A stretch of DNA of 63,307 nucleotides, filler included, from Octopus bimaculoides (lineage: Eukaryota): NCBI RefSeq assembly GCF_001194135.2. It is 8 parts of 8 records of this genome, joined end to end, with 100 filler letters (N's around TTAATTAATTAA, not from the genome) between each part and the next. Parts side by side here need not be neighbours in the genome. Positions count along the whole stretch, not along the records: positions 1 to 19,171 come from NC_068996.1; positions 19,272 to 38,456 come from NC_068981.1; 6 more parts are not named here. One strand, written 5' to 3'. Below are positions 12,601 through 24,876 of the stretch, one piece after another. The notes below the pieces were generated by a model. The model had not been told where the DNA came from. It made no database searches and worked only from the letters and a program-made list of their open reading frames with translations. Positions within the stretch are counted from its first letter, which is position 1, and every line of letters starts with the position of its first letter. Position numbers and translations under genes: made by a program.

Positions 12601-14134
12601 TCCCGATGAGCAAGTAGTCATATTGTTTTGTTCACTTTCTTTTTCATATGAATCGACCCGCGTCTGCATGTGTATAGATCTTGGTGTACCTATGTCTGTA
12701 GACCCGTGTGCGTACATACATGCATAGATGTGTGTGTGTGTACACTAATGGATTCGGGAGTTTCGTTTATTTACGAGTCGATTTCTTAAAATCACCGGAG
12801 TATAAATACTTATAATGGTGACAGTTATGAAAAAAAAAAAAGCTTAATTCAGTTCAGTTAAAATGCATAGGTAAGCAACGCATTGTAAGCCACGCTATAA
12901 TTTGGAAAAACATTTATTTGAACACAGGGTAAGCATCGCCCCTCCGATACCCTATTTTTTTCATTTTTTTTTTCTATTGTGATAGCAAGAGGGACAACGA
13001 ACGCCCAGTTATTTCATGGTTTAGCTGATGTGTTGACCAGATTCACATCATCAAAGCCCAGGCTGTGAGACAACACGATGGATGTTAGCATACACTTGGT
13101 AGTTGACTATTTTTATATGTATATGTATATTTAGATGTGGGTACAAGGTTCATAATCAGTGTGGGGGACAATTTTGAGTACCACAGCTAGAAATTAAGCG
13201 TCTGTGCGCAATCGTTTGAGCGTGTGCGTGTATGTGTGTTTGTGTGTATGTATGTGTGTTGCGCACGTGTGCGTAAACGAGTGCTTGAATGTCTGTGGAA
13301 TTCCAGATATCTGTAGGCGAGGTGGCCATAAATAAAAGAACACTAGAAAGACAAAGAAACGTCTAGGTAAGCAAGAGACTTTTAAAAACTATCGAATTGC
13401 TATTACAGGAGATATAGATTGTTTGATGTTAATTTGTTCATTTCTGCATTTGTGCGTACTCGTATATGTGAGCTGTGTCTGCGTCTGCATCTTTGTGTAT
13501 GCGTGAATGTGTTTTTCTGGGTGTGAGCGTGACTCAGTTAAATTTCTTCTTTCTTTTTTTTTGGGGGGGTGGTGGTGGTGGTCTTTTTGCTTTAGCCTTA
13601 CATATATGCGGTCTGTAGATACTTTGCGTTAGTTAGTATTAAGACGCACCAGTAGCGGTTGGGGTTGCGGGACTTAGCTAATATACCGGAGTTATGTTAA
13701 TGCGTTCCATCTATGGTCAGATCAAATGTAAGTGCCAGTGAAAGGGTAAGTGTTCATTTTCACTGAATGTTGTGCACGTTTCTAGCGTTTGTTGTGCTAA
13801 TTATATTATTAGCGTCTTTCGTTCATGTTCATTGCTTGAGTTCGAGCAAGCAAGCATGTGCTGAGGACCGCCAGCGTATATATATGTGCCTGAGTGAGTG
13901 CTTGTCATTTCGTATGCCTATGGCTATGTTAGATGTATTTGGTCTTGTTTTAGCGTACATACACTCGGTACCGTCCATAAGTATTTTTCCTTTGTGTGTG
14001 TGTTTCATTGTATTGCTGGCCAGTGTCTCTTTGGGTTTGAGCCTGTGGGCCTTAGATGATGTATGTGCTTGTTACAAGGTCTTTTATATGGTCATATTAA
14101 TTAAAGGTGATGTGTTTTTTGTTCTATGCATTCA

Positions 14135-15005
14135 GCAATGATTATTCTAATTAATTTGGATATGTACTGAGGCTTATTCTAATTATTGTGTGTAGTCAGT
14201 AAGCAGTAATCAGTATGTATCTGTAGTAGGATTATTCTAATTAATCCGTGTATGGAGTAATAATTATTCTAAAAAGTGTTGGCTTGGCTTAACTTGGATT
14301 CATTCTCTTGCCTGATGGGGTTGTAGTCATCCCATATTAGTGGCCCCAGAAACGTCATCTAGCGTAGAGCTGACCAGGTTAACCAGTGCTTTCCATTACT
14401 GGTGGTTCCCTGCCAACTCCTCTGAATCCTCCACTGTAATGTCAATTTCCTGTAAATCTTCCTTAGTCTCGTTCAGCTATCTGGTGCTGGGTCTGCCAAG
14501 AGGTCTCTTCCAGACCGGAGCTGTTGCATCATACCAGGGTCTTACTCTTGTAAGACCCTGGTATGATGATCTAGCGGGAGACGAAGGACATGTGCGTACC
14601 AGTGCATGGGACGGATAGCTGTGCCATGAGATTTTTCTAATTAGTGTATGTATGCAGCAGTTATCATTTTAATTCGTGTATGTATGCAGTAAGGAGCGTT
14701 CTAATTAGTGTGTGTAATTAGTATGTGTAATTACTGAAGAAATTGTGCGCGTATGTAGTATTATTCTAATTTGTGTGCGTGTATAGTAAGGTGCATTCTA
14801 ATTAGACTGTATGTAATAAGGGTTATTCTAACTAGAATTTGTACGTATAATTAGGATTATTCTAATTAGTTTGCATGTTGTAATAATTATTCTAATTATT
14901 GTGTGTATATAGTAAGGATCAGGATTATTCTAATTTGTGTCTGTATGTAGTAATGTTTATTCTATTTAGCAAGTCTATATAGTAAGGATTATTCTAATTT
15001 GTGAT
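14135..15005. repeat. degenerate ~30-35 bp minisatellite with core GGATTATTCTAATT, interrupted by an RTE fragment
   Basis: More than 12 recognisable units of the form (a/g)(g/a)ttattctaatt..gtgtatgtagta, on both sides of 14281-14630. Confidence 0.8.
14281..14630 (-). mobile_element. RTE-clade LINE, 5'-truncated 3' end
   Basis: Minus strand reads APVWKRPLGRPSTR*LNETKEDLQEIDITVEDSEELAGNHQ*WKALVNLVSST, the RTE C-terminal KRPRGRP..RW motif. It ends in a short (CCAAG)-type repeat tail at about 14281-14295. Confidence 0.75.
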
Positions 15006-15574
15006 TTAACTCTGAGTACCTAATACCTTTGTAGTTAAACGAGATATTAGGAAACTGCTTGATGTAAGAATCGGTTTACAAAATGGTGTTAGTATTTGTA
15101 AATTCACAGAAGTTTCCATCTTTCTCTTAATTCAGATGAGACTTCGCTCCGCCGAATTCTCTTTCTATGCTGATGTTATTCTCATTTTCCGAAGTACAAA
15201 AGTTAATATATTGAATGATTTTTATGAATTAAGTTCACATTGAGATTATCAGATGACGGATAATTTTTAACAATTATGATTTTTACCATAACAGCGTATT
15301 AGAAAACTTCGAAAATAGAGTACATAATATGCAGAACAACACTAATATTCATAAATATATAAATAGAAAATGGAATATTCTTCCAAAATTTAAATGTCCA
15401 TTTCAAATGTCTCTAAATTCATAAATAATTACTTCAACCTAAATATCATAAAGCCTTCATTAAAAATAACATTTAGGTAAGTAACATTTAAAAAAAAAAC
15501 ACGAATTCACAGGTGGCCTCTCATCATAATTTCAAGAACTGATTCTCAACAATGCGTGTTTCTATATTGGTTTC

Positions 15575-15780
15575 AAATTTTGACACAAGGCCAGCATCTT
15601 TTAGAAGTGGTATTAGTCGATTACATTGACCTCAGTGTTCATATGATACTTATTTATCGACCTCGACAGGATGAAAGGCAAAGTCGACCTCAGAGGAATT
15701 TGAACTCAAAACGTAAAGACGGACAAGGTGCTAGTAAGCGTTTTGCCCGGAGGGATAATGATTCTCCTAGCTCGCCACCT
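15575..15780 (-). mobile_element. tRNA-derived SINE of the 'GTCGACTTTGCCTTTCATCCTTTCGGGGTCGATAAA' family (Meta-like central domain, tentative)
   Basis: Reverse complement of the family seen at 51510-51710 and 61107-61320. Confidence 0.75.
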
Positions 15781-16715
15781 TGTGTGTTTTTGTATTAAAA
15801 ATAACTAATGCAAATGGAAAAAGAGCTACTTAGAATTTACAGAAAATGAATTAGAAAAGCATTCGCGTAAGTTGTGAAAAACACGCAGACAATATACACT
15901 GGTCGATTTACTCTGTAGATACAGCTGTCGATTAACGGATGATACGAGTATCAAATATAAATCGACTGGTCCAATATAAAATCAATGTTTCCGGCCAGAA
16001 TGACTCCAGGGGTTCTGGTTTCTATCACTTGTGGAACTCTAAGCAAAAGATTGGAATTTATAAATCTTTGCTGATATTTCTATCGATATTCATAAAGGAA
16101 TTTCCTAATAATATGTGTCTAAAACATTATTTTCAAAATTACTAATTTACCAGTGACTAAAATATGAATTCTTAATCATCCATCAACTCTAACACTTAAA
16201 TATTATATGTTTCCTTAATTTAGCCCCAGGAGACACGTTGTCTCCTGGGGCTAAATTGCTGCAACATTAGTCCTAAACCAGGACTGCCATGTTATGTTTG
16301 GTAAACAATCTTTACTCCAAAGTACTGTTGCTGGATATCATTCGTTGTAGAAATCTTGTTTTCGCAATGGGGATAAAAACAAGAAAATCAATTGTTCTAC
16401 GCATGGTACTTCAATAGATTAGATGCGTATTTTCTAAAACTTTTAACAACCAATCATGTTTCTAAGCCGACCAGTTCATATTCCAGTTTCTTAACCCGAA
16501 TATTTGTAGATATATTTTCAATATGCCTCAATAGTACCACGTGAATCAGTTGAGTAATCAATAATATGAAATTCAGATTTAGGATTTAAGTTTCAGCAGC
16601 TAATTATGTATGTAATTTTTCAATTTTAATTCAAAATTTGTTGCCAATACAAAAAGAGCCAATTTCTAACCTAGATCCAAGGCTCCTTCACTGGAATTTC
16701 AACATCAACAACAGG

Positions 16716-16985
16716 GTATGTATGTATGTATGTATGTATGTATGTATGTGTGTATGTATGTATGCATGTATGTATGTATGTATGTATGTATGTATGTATG
16801 TATGTATGTATGTGTAGATTTGTATTTATGCATGCATGTATGCATGTATGTATGTATGTATGTATGTTTGTATTTATGCATGTATGTATGTATGTATGTG
16901 TGTTTGTATTTATGCATGTATGTATGTATGTAAGTATGTATATATTTATGCATGTATGTATTATGTATGCATTTATGTATGTATA
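16716..16985. repeat. (TATG)n tetranucleotide microsatellite, degenerate
   Basis: Seen directly. Confidence 0.95.
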
Positions 16986-17122
16986 TCAGGTCACCCTTAT
17001 TGTGATCGGTAAAATCTAATTCAATGCAAATCAAAACTATCCCTCACCCTCTCTACTGCTCAGATATATATGTGTGTGTGTGTGTTTGTGTGTATGCATA
17101 TATTTGTGTGTGTGTGTGTGAG

Positions 17123-17161
<39 letters not shown>

Positions 17162-18270
17162 GAGAGAGAGAGAGAGAGAGAGTGCGTGTTTGTGCATCTT
17201 TGAGTCTAGGTTTGTCCACTACTACAGCTTCACAACCGGTGTTGGTGTTGTTTACGAAACATAGTGGTTCGGCTTAAGACACCGATAGAATAAATGCCAG
17301 GTTTTTAAAAAGAAATAAGTACTGGGTTCGATCCATTTGAATAAAATTTATTCTAGGCATTACCCTCACCACACCCACACGCACACACATGCAAGGTATC
17401 AGGGTATGACTTCATTTTAAGATCTGTATTATGCATTGCATACCATGGTTGGTCATACCTGAAAAATGGGACAAAACTTAATATTGAAGTGTAGTCTTCT
17501 GACATGGTCGGTGGCAAGCTCACTGAACACATGTGCGCAAAATAGTTTAGATTCCTGGTACGACAAAAATCTACACGTAGGCCTTCCATATTTCAGAAAA
17601 TAAACAGGTGATTTTTGCAATCCGAAATTGGGTATATACACACGCGCGCGCGTGTGTGTGAGTTTGTGTGCGTTTGCTTGTATGTGTTCAGCGTGTGTGT
17701 GAGTGTGTGTATTTTGTGAGTGGATATGTGAAAGCGTGTGCGTTAGAAATACCATGAATTTAAATAATAAATTGTAACGCGTGTACGAAAATTACTCGGC
17801 AGCTGACCGTGCAGTTAGAAGAATTATCCATTGAGGCTTATTGACATAAAGTTCTATATTAATTTACTTTATCCACCCGTACACAATTCAAAAATGAAAT
17901 ACTAAAAGTAACATGCAGCCTGAATATCAGTACAGAACATCAGTACCCCTGGAATAATATATGAAACCAATCCAGATTGAATGAGGTAACATTATATATC
18001 TAATGGCAACATTATCATTATCATTATTGCTACAAAGCTTGCTGTTTACTACAAAATTTTGGTCATAAAAGGTTCTAACAAACACGTATTACAGAAAATG
18101 AGACCCCACTGTGGAAAATTTGTTCGAGAAAACTAAATGAAAAAGACGAATGTAGGCAGTTATGTGTTTACATTAGGGATTAATATAACACATTTATCCA
18201 CATGTACAACTGTTGTTACATGTAAAATGTGCATATATAAGAATATATTTTTGTATGTGTATATATACAC

Positions 18271-18678
18271 ACGTGGACAACCTACCCTATCCTTATCCAC
18301 TGTCCTACAGAATACCCTATCTAAGTACGATCTGGACGACCCGATGCGGTTACTCCATGTCCACATTGGCACATTCGTGTGGTCCAGTCGGTACCTGTCA
18401 GACAGTTGGAAACGTCTGAGCAGGTTTTTGAGGCTTTTGCATCCCTTTCTATTGCTATCGCTGCCTGCGTAATCTAGATGCGTGTCCAGGGTAGCGTTCC
18501 AATCCCCCACTAGAAGTAAAGGTCGAGACGTTTCCCAAGAAAACCTCTAGACGTCGATAGAAATCTGGCCGGCCTGTTAGAGACGGTACGTAAACTGCTA
18601 TCAGTCGAAAAGCACACCCATTGCTGCTGTCGACATCGAAGACGACCAGCCTACCCCTCCGGGTCTAGGAAAATTGCT
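18271..18678 (-). mobile_element. Tx1/L1-like LINE ORF2 apurinic-type endonuclease fragment
   Basis: AIFLDPEG...GDWNATLD...SDRYRLDHTNVPMWTWSNRIGSSRSYLDRVF contains the APE motifs GDWN, D.YR, TW and SYLDR. Confidence 0.85.
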
Positions 18679-18778
18679 NNNNNNNNNNNNNNNNNNNNNN
18701 NNNNNNNNNNNNNNNNNNNNNNNNNNNNNNNNNNNNNNNNNNNNNNNNNNNNNNNNNNNNNNNNNNNNNNNNNNNNNN

Positions 18779-19171
18779 TACTTTGCCGTTGTGGTGTCAC
18801 ATTCCTTTCAAAACTCTGAGGAGGGTATGTACATAAAATATCGGACAACGAGGAATGTTTTTAATTTGACCCGACTGAAGTTTAAAACGAAGGATTTTAC
18901 TTCACTTATTAGGGAACTTTTGTATGCTGACGATTGCGTTCTGGTTAGTCATTCTGAATCGGGTCTGCAATCCCTTGTATCTGCATTTGATGCAGCTTGT
19001 GATGATTTTGGCCTGACTATCAATCTGAAAAAAACAGTTGTAATGTATCAACCTGTGTATGGTGCTGTTTGTAATCCCACTAAAATTTTTGTTAAGGGAA
19101 AGTTACTTGAGGTTGTCAATTCATTTGTCTACCTGGGAAGCTCTGTTCAAGATTATGGAAATCTTGATACG
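18779..19171 (+). mobile_element. RTE/BovB-like LINE reverse transcriptase fragment (uninterrupted frame between two gaps)
   Basis: GMYIKYRTTRNVFNLTRLK...IRELLYADDCVLVSHSESGLQSLVSAFDAACDDFGLTINLKKTVVMYQP...LEVVNSFVYLGS contains the YADD catalytic motif and RTE-typical flanks. Confidence 0.9.
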
Positions 19172-19271
19172 NNNNNNNNNNNNNNNNNNNNNNNNNNNNN
19201 NNNNNNNNNNNNNNNTTAATTAATTAANNNNNNNNNNNNNNNNNNNNNNNNNNNNNNNNNNNNNNNNNNNN
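19172..19271. other. artificial scaffold linker N44-TTAATTAATTAA-N44 (also at 38457-38556, 43377-43476, 47539-47638, 53595-53694, 57488-57587, 59507-59606)
   Basis: The same 100-bp structure occurs seven times. TTAATTAATTAA places a stop codon in all six frames. Confidence 0.97.
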
Positions 19272-19585
19272 GTAGAGTCTTTGTCTATAAGATTTTATAA
19301 AGTTTAAGGCCTTTTTTTTACATCAACTGAAGGGATTTTGCTCATTTATATTTAATTAGATCTGAAATTTAATTAGATCCTGCCGAATACTCTCAAGGCA
19401 ACCAGTTGCCTTAAAGTTGGAAATGAGATACCTTTTCATTTTAGGGTATTATTTATCATAATTTAATGTTTGAAACTAGCAAAATTTTCACTTTTATTCG
19501 TTCGAGTAGTGATAAACATTGACTGCCTTGACGTCGAAAGCTTATGATCGTATATATATATATATATATAGATAGATAGATAGAC

Positions 19586-19624
<39 letters not shown>

Positions 19625-22320
19625 ATATATATATATATACATATGTATGTATATATGTATGTATGTATATGTGTGTGTGCGTTTAATGATTTATATATGT
19701 TTATATATATATAGATATGTATATCTTAGTTCTTTCAGCTATTGAACTGCGGCCATGCAGGACCACCGTCTGGAAGGGTTTAATCAAACAAATAGAGTCC
19801 AGAACTTATTTTTCTACTACCTCCCACTCATTCCGCTAAGTTATGGGAGTGTAAACAAACCATCACTAACTTCCAAACTGGCTGGGGGCAAACACACAAG
19901 CAAAAAGTCACATACGTATGTATATATATATATACGACAGGCTTCTTCCTTCATATGGTTGGCGACTTCACTTTTGACAGTGCAAAAATGTAATCCTTTC
20001 ATGCAAGCACCTCCCGACTGACCACTTCTGTTTCTACTTCTCACTATACCCTGGTCACTGACTCCTCCATCTTCCTGTTCTGACTCTCATATATTGAATG
20101 GTACCTCCCAGGTGTCGTCGAAACCACAATAATATCTGTGGTGCAGCTGATGATGGTGCTATGTTGAATTGTTGGTATGGCTGTTTTTGTATATGCGGAA
20201 TAGTGCTTTAGCACATCCTTTATATATACATATTGTCTACTTGAAAACAACTAACAAAGAGCGCAATCCTCTTAAATTTGTTGCAAATGCTAGGCTTCAA
20301 ACTCTTTCATATGTAGCCAGATCATAAGTAAACAGCGGCTTCAGAACCGCAAGTAGTCCAGCCGTGAGTTTGATTTTTTTTTATTTAAATTATTAGAGAA
20401 TTATATAGAAAGGCTATCGTACTAAAATCCAAATTAGCGCTCCCATATCACAATTAAAAAGCTCGACTCAGAACACATTCTGGTTTGATTTCAATGATCC
20501 TAAGATAAAAAATGCTATAAGGGAGAAGTTAGACTCACCAAGGAATTATATAGAATAAAAGCACTAATTCTAGTGACATCTAACAGAGATATATGTAAAC
20601 AACTAACAAACCATTAACGAACATTGAAGTGGAAACGTACGAAGACAGACATAAAAGAAGAAATACAGTGGGCAACAGAGAGGGTATGTAACAATGGTTT
20701 CAATAAAGGACTCGAATATATTTTGAACCATCAGAAAATAGACCTTGTCAATTTAAAATCCAACTGATGCTAGCGAAGTACTCTCAAAAAGCCATAAATA
20801 ATTAAAACGATGAACTGAACATCTTCAGTAAATGTGCAAAGTGTCTAGTTACACAAGCCTAGTTACAAAGCGTCTAGTTACACTGAAATTGATAAAATNN
20901 NNNNNNNNNNNNNNNNNNNNNNNNNNNNNNNNNNNNNNNNNNNNNNNNNNNNNNNNNNNNNNNNNNNNNNNNNNNNNNNNNNNNNNNNNNNNNNNNNNNN
21001 NNNNNNNNNNNNNNNNNNNNNNNNNNNNNNNNNNNNNNNNNNNNNNNNNNNNNNNNNNNNNNNNNNNNNNNNNNNNNNNNNNNNNNNNNNNNNNNNNNNN
21101 NNNNNNNNNNNNNNNNNNNNNNNNNNNNNNNNNNNNNNNNNNNNNNNNNNNNNNNNNNNNNNNNNNNNNNNNNNNNNNNNNNNNNNNNNNNNNNNNNNNN
21201 NNNNNNNNNNNNNNNNNNNNNNNNNNNNNNNNNNNNNNNNNNNNNNNNNNNNNNNNNNNNNNNNNNNNNNNNNNNNNNNNNNNNNNNNNNNNNNNNNNNN
21301 NNNNNNNNNNNNNNNNNNNNNNNNNNNNNNNNNNNNNNNNNNNNNNNNNNNNNNNNNNNNNNNNNNNNNNNNNNNNNNNNNNNNNNNNNNNNNNNNNNNN
21401 NNNNNNNNNNNNNNNNNNNNNNNNNNNNNNNNNNNNNNNNNNNNNNNNNNNNNNNNNNNNNNNNNNNNNNNNNNNNNNNNNNNNNNNNNNNNNNNNNNNN
21501 NNNNNNNNNNNNNNNNNNNNNNNNNNNNNNNNNNNNNNNNNNNNNNNNNNNNNNNNNNNNNNNNNNNNNNNNNNNNNNNNNNNNNNNNNNNNNNNNNNNN
21601 NNNNNNNNNNNNNNNNNNNNNNNNNNNNNNNNNNNNNNNNNNNNNNNNNNNNNNNNNNNNNNNNNNNNNNNNNNNNNNNNNNNNNNNNNNNNNNNNNNNN
21701 NNNNNNNNNNNNNNNNNNNNNNNNNNNNNNNNNNNNNNNNNNNNNNNNNNNNNNNNNNNNNNNNGAAAAATAATTATTTTTTGTTTTAATTTCACAAATC
21801 CTGTTGTTTATTCGATTTTCCTCCATCTGTAAAAAATTATATTATTTTGAATCAACAGTTATTACTTGTAATACTATAAATAAGTTTCATTTTCAAAATT
21901 TCTTTTTGGAATATGTTTCTCGCCAATGAATAAATAATACCTTCCGGTAAACTGTTTTCGTCGATGTTTTGTAATTTAAAATTCCAGCAACGGCTTCCTT
22001 GCTGTCGCGAAAGCAAGGAAAATGCTGAAGAAATGAGAAGGCACACAACGCGGGATTATCTCAAATACCTGCTATAGTGGCTTACGCCTGCAAGCATAAT
22101 TGATTTGTTTGCAAACAATAACAACAGGAGAAACAAGTGCTAATAAGTATCCTAAACAGCTAAGTCATTTTTTTTAGAGATCAGTGATATTGGGGATATT
22201 TGAGGGACGTGTGAGTACGTGTCAGTGTGAGAAAAATATGTAACAAAAGCGAAAACAGCTTTTACCGGAAATCGAACTCGCGTGCATGAATTCTTCGAGA
22301 GATTTGTCATATTATTTCCA

Positions 22321-22610
22321 TTGGTGTTTGTTTGATCATGAACAAGATATCTCAAGAACCGCTGCATGGATTCGGATGAAACTTTCCGAGACGTTTCACC
22401 TCGTGACTGGCACGAACTGATTAGATTTTGGGCTTGATCCGGTACCGAATAAGGATTCTGGATTATTTTTGCATTTTTTTTTTTTTTTTACTTAATTTTT
22501 GAGAGCGGACGGGTTCATTTTTAGTATTCTCGTTTGTGAGAGTAGTCGAATTCATTTCAGATGTTCTCATTTTAAAAATAATTTCTGGTTAATCGTTCAG
22601 AGTTGGTGCT
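22321..22610 (+). mobile_element. Helentron-type (HINE-like) non-autonomous element, body (3' tip continues at 24826-24876)
   Basis: gtttgtttg..gaacaagatatctcaagaaccgctgcatggattcggatgaaactt..gattagattttgg is the HINE/DINE-1-style core. Confidence 0.55.
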
Positions 22611-24825
22611 GTAGTCGAGACATTTGATTTCCTGTTGCGTTTGATGTGTGTTCGCTTCACGTGAGTCTTGTTGTTGTTTAAATTGTTGAAGGTCTACTGC
22701 AATTAAATGTTGTATTACTGAGTTGCTAAATTTATTGTTACCTGTGAATTTTTATTTTCTTCCCCACTTATGAGTGAAGTTGTGAATAAGGAAAGTCAAC
22801 CAGTTCCAGTAACTGGGAATAGTCTAACGGCAGATATACTGCAAGTCAGAGAAATTCGACTGAACGACACAAATTTTAAGAAATATAATGAATTGCTACG
22901 AAAGGAGGGAGACAGCCTGAAGCTGACGCCGCCCAAGGAAATTATGGAAAAAACAGACAAAAAGGATAAGTAATATATAGAACACTGTCTATCGCTACAA
23001 AAGGAGTTGAAATAGCTGCTCCAGAGGCAGTCGAAGAATGCTTGAAAGAAATCAAAAGCCAAACTAAGTATTACACCAGAGGAAAGTAATATGGAGGAGC
23101 GGAGGTAAGCTTCGCCAGTGAACAAGAAGCGATAAAACACTCCACTGTGCCTTTGGGATCCACCGAGTGGATACTGCTACCAATCTACAGTGGCAAACGT
23201 GTGGCCAGAGTTAGGATTGATAGAGTGCCCTCAGAAATTGATGAGGCGTGGCTGGTGGCAACCATCCTCTATAATACAGAAGAGGAAACTAAAATACTTA
23301 TACCACAAGAACTACGGAGGTAAACTGCTGGGGATACGGCTTTGTGGTGACGGTCTACATCAGTTTGCCAGTCCTTCATGAAATCACAGAAGAACTAGTT
23401 TTGCCACATGAAACTAAGTTATGAGTCGTGGTGGAAAGAATATCTCCTATTTGCTTTCAATGTGGAGTACGGGGACACATGAAAGCCAAATGTCCCCAGA
23501 AACACGAAGAGGATGAGATAGAGAAAGAACAAGAAGAAGCGGTTTCAACCGTAGAGGAGCAAAGTATGGAAGAACAGTACACAGTAGTGAAGTGGAAGAA
23601 GAGTAACGCGGATTCACCACCAAAAAGTCCTAGGAAGAAAGGAAAAGGAAATGGAGAGGAGACGCGGAGTGTGAAACAAGGAAAAGCGAACGAGCAGAGA
23701 ATAAAATGAAAGGCCAACAAAAGTACGTGACAAAGTCAAAGAGCGAAAACAGAGACCATTACCAACAACCAGCACGGAGGAGAAAGTACAGAAGAAAAAG
23801 AAAGATGAAAGAGAAATGATAACACTAAAGAATGAGAGACATACAGAGATAAAATTAGCAGCAACAGTAGAAGAGATTGGTGAAGAAAAACAGAGAGACA
23901 CCGAAAGGAAAATAGTTAAGAAATATGATACAATACACAAGAAGTTTAGAGATAGAAAAGAAAGATTGCGAAAATGAAGAATGTAATTAGAATTAAATTG
24001 TCACCCAACGAGAACAATGTAGGTTTGAAAGCTGTTCTGTTGGAAAGAGAGGAGAAAGGTTAACGGAATTGTTTGGTGAAAAGTTAGAAGTGACACTGGT
24101 ACAGTATCGTTTTGATGAATTGCCGCCGGTGGTGGCATTCGAAGATTTAACGGAGTATTTGGTGTAAATGAGAGTAAGTGAGGAAATTTAAAAACTGAAT
24201 AATTAGTGATTTTGTGTAATTTTTTAATAAAAAAAAAAANNNNNNNNNNNNNNNNNNNNNNNNNNNNNNNNNNNNNNNNNNNNNNNNNNNNNNNNNNNNN
24301 NNNNNNNNNNNNNNNNNNNNNNNNNNNNNNNNNNNNNNNNNNNNNNNNNNNNNNNNNNNNNNNNNNNNNNNNNNNNNNNNNNNNNNNNNNNNNNNNNNNN
24401 NNNNNNNNNNNNNNNNNNNNNNNNNNNNNNNNNNNNNNNNNNNNNNNNNNNNNNNNNNNNNNNNNNNNNNNNNNNNNNNNNNNNNNNNNNNNNNNNNNNN
24501 NNNNNNNGAGAACAGGTGATAAAAGTTTTATGAAATTTTAATCCGGACATACGATCGCAAGTTAGAAATTTAATATGAAGAATCTTTATTAAAAATCGAA
24601 CTTTGGATCCCCCCCCCCAAAAAAAATAAAGTAAAATGTCATATAAAAACAGTAAAATGAAACTGCCTGCTTATGGGGTGGGGGCAGGTAAGTCATTCCA
24701 TCCTCATTTTTCATTGTATCCATAATTTCATACGATATGTGTTTTTATATACCCCATTGTATTGTTTTGTACGTCATTGTTCTGTTCCCTCTCTATAAGA
24801 GCCATATGCTCAATAAAAGAAATAA
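22611..24825 (+). mobile_element. Tx1/L1-like element: 5' UTR, decayed gag-like ORF1 with CCHC knuckle, gap, and A-rich 3' end
   Basis: ORF1 pieces run from ATG 22770 with frameshifts and include the zinc knuckle CFQCGVRGHMKAKC at about 23452-23493 and a charged C-terminus. There is an A-run at 24226-24239. The 3' end caataaaagaaataa is at 24811-24825. Confidence 0.65.
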
Positions 24826-24876
24826 GGACGTTGGTGTTGCCTTGGCGGAGGCTTGCACTCTCTGAGTGCTCTTGTT
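24826..24876 (+). mobile_element. 3' terminus of a Helentron-type element with terminal stem-loop
   Basis: ggacgttggtgttgccttggcggaggctt, then the hairpin GCACTC-tct-GAGTGC (24855-24869), then tcttgtt. Confidence 0.55.

Noticed and set aside
14135-15005. Repeat-spacer pattern superficially like a CRISPR array
   Set aside because: Eukaryotic context, degenerate repeats, mutually similar spacers and no cas genes; it is a minisatellite.
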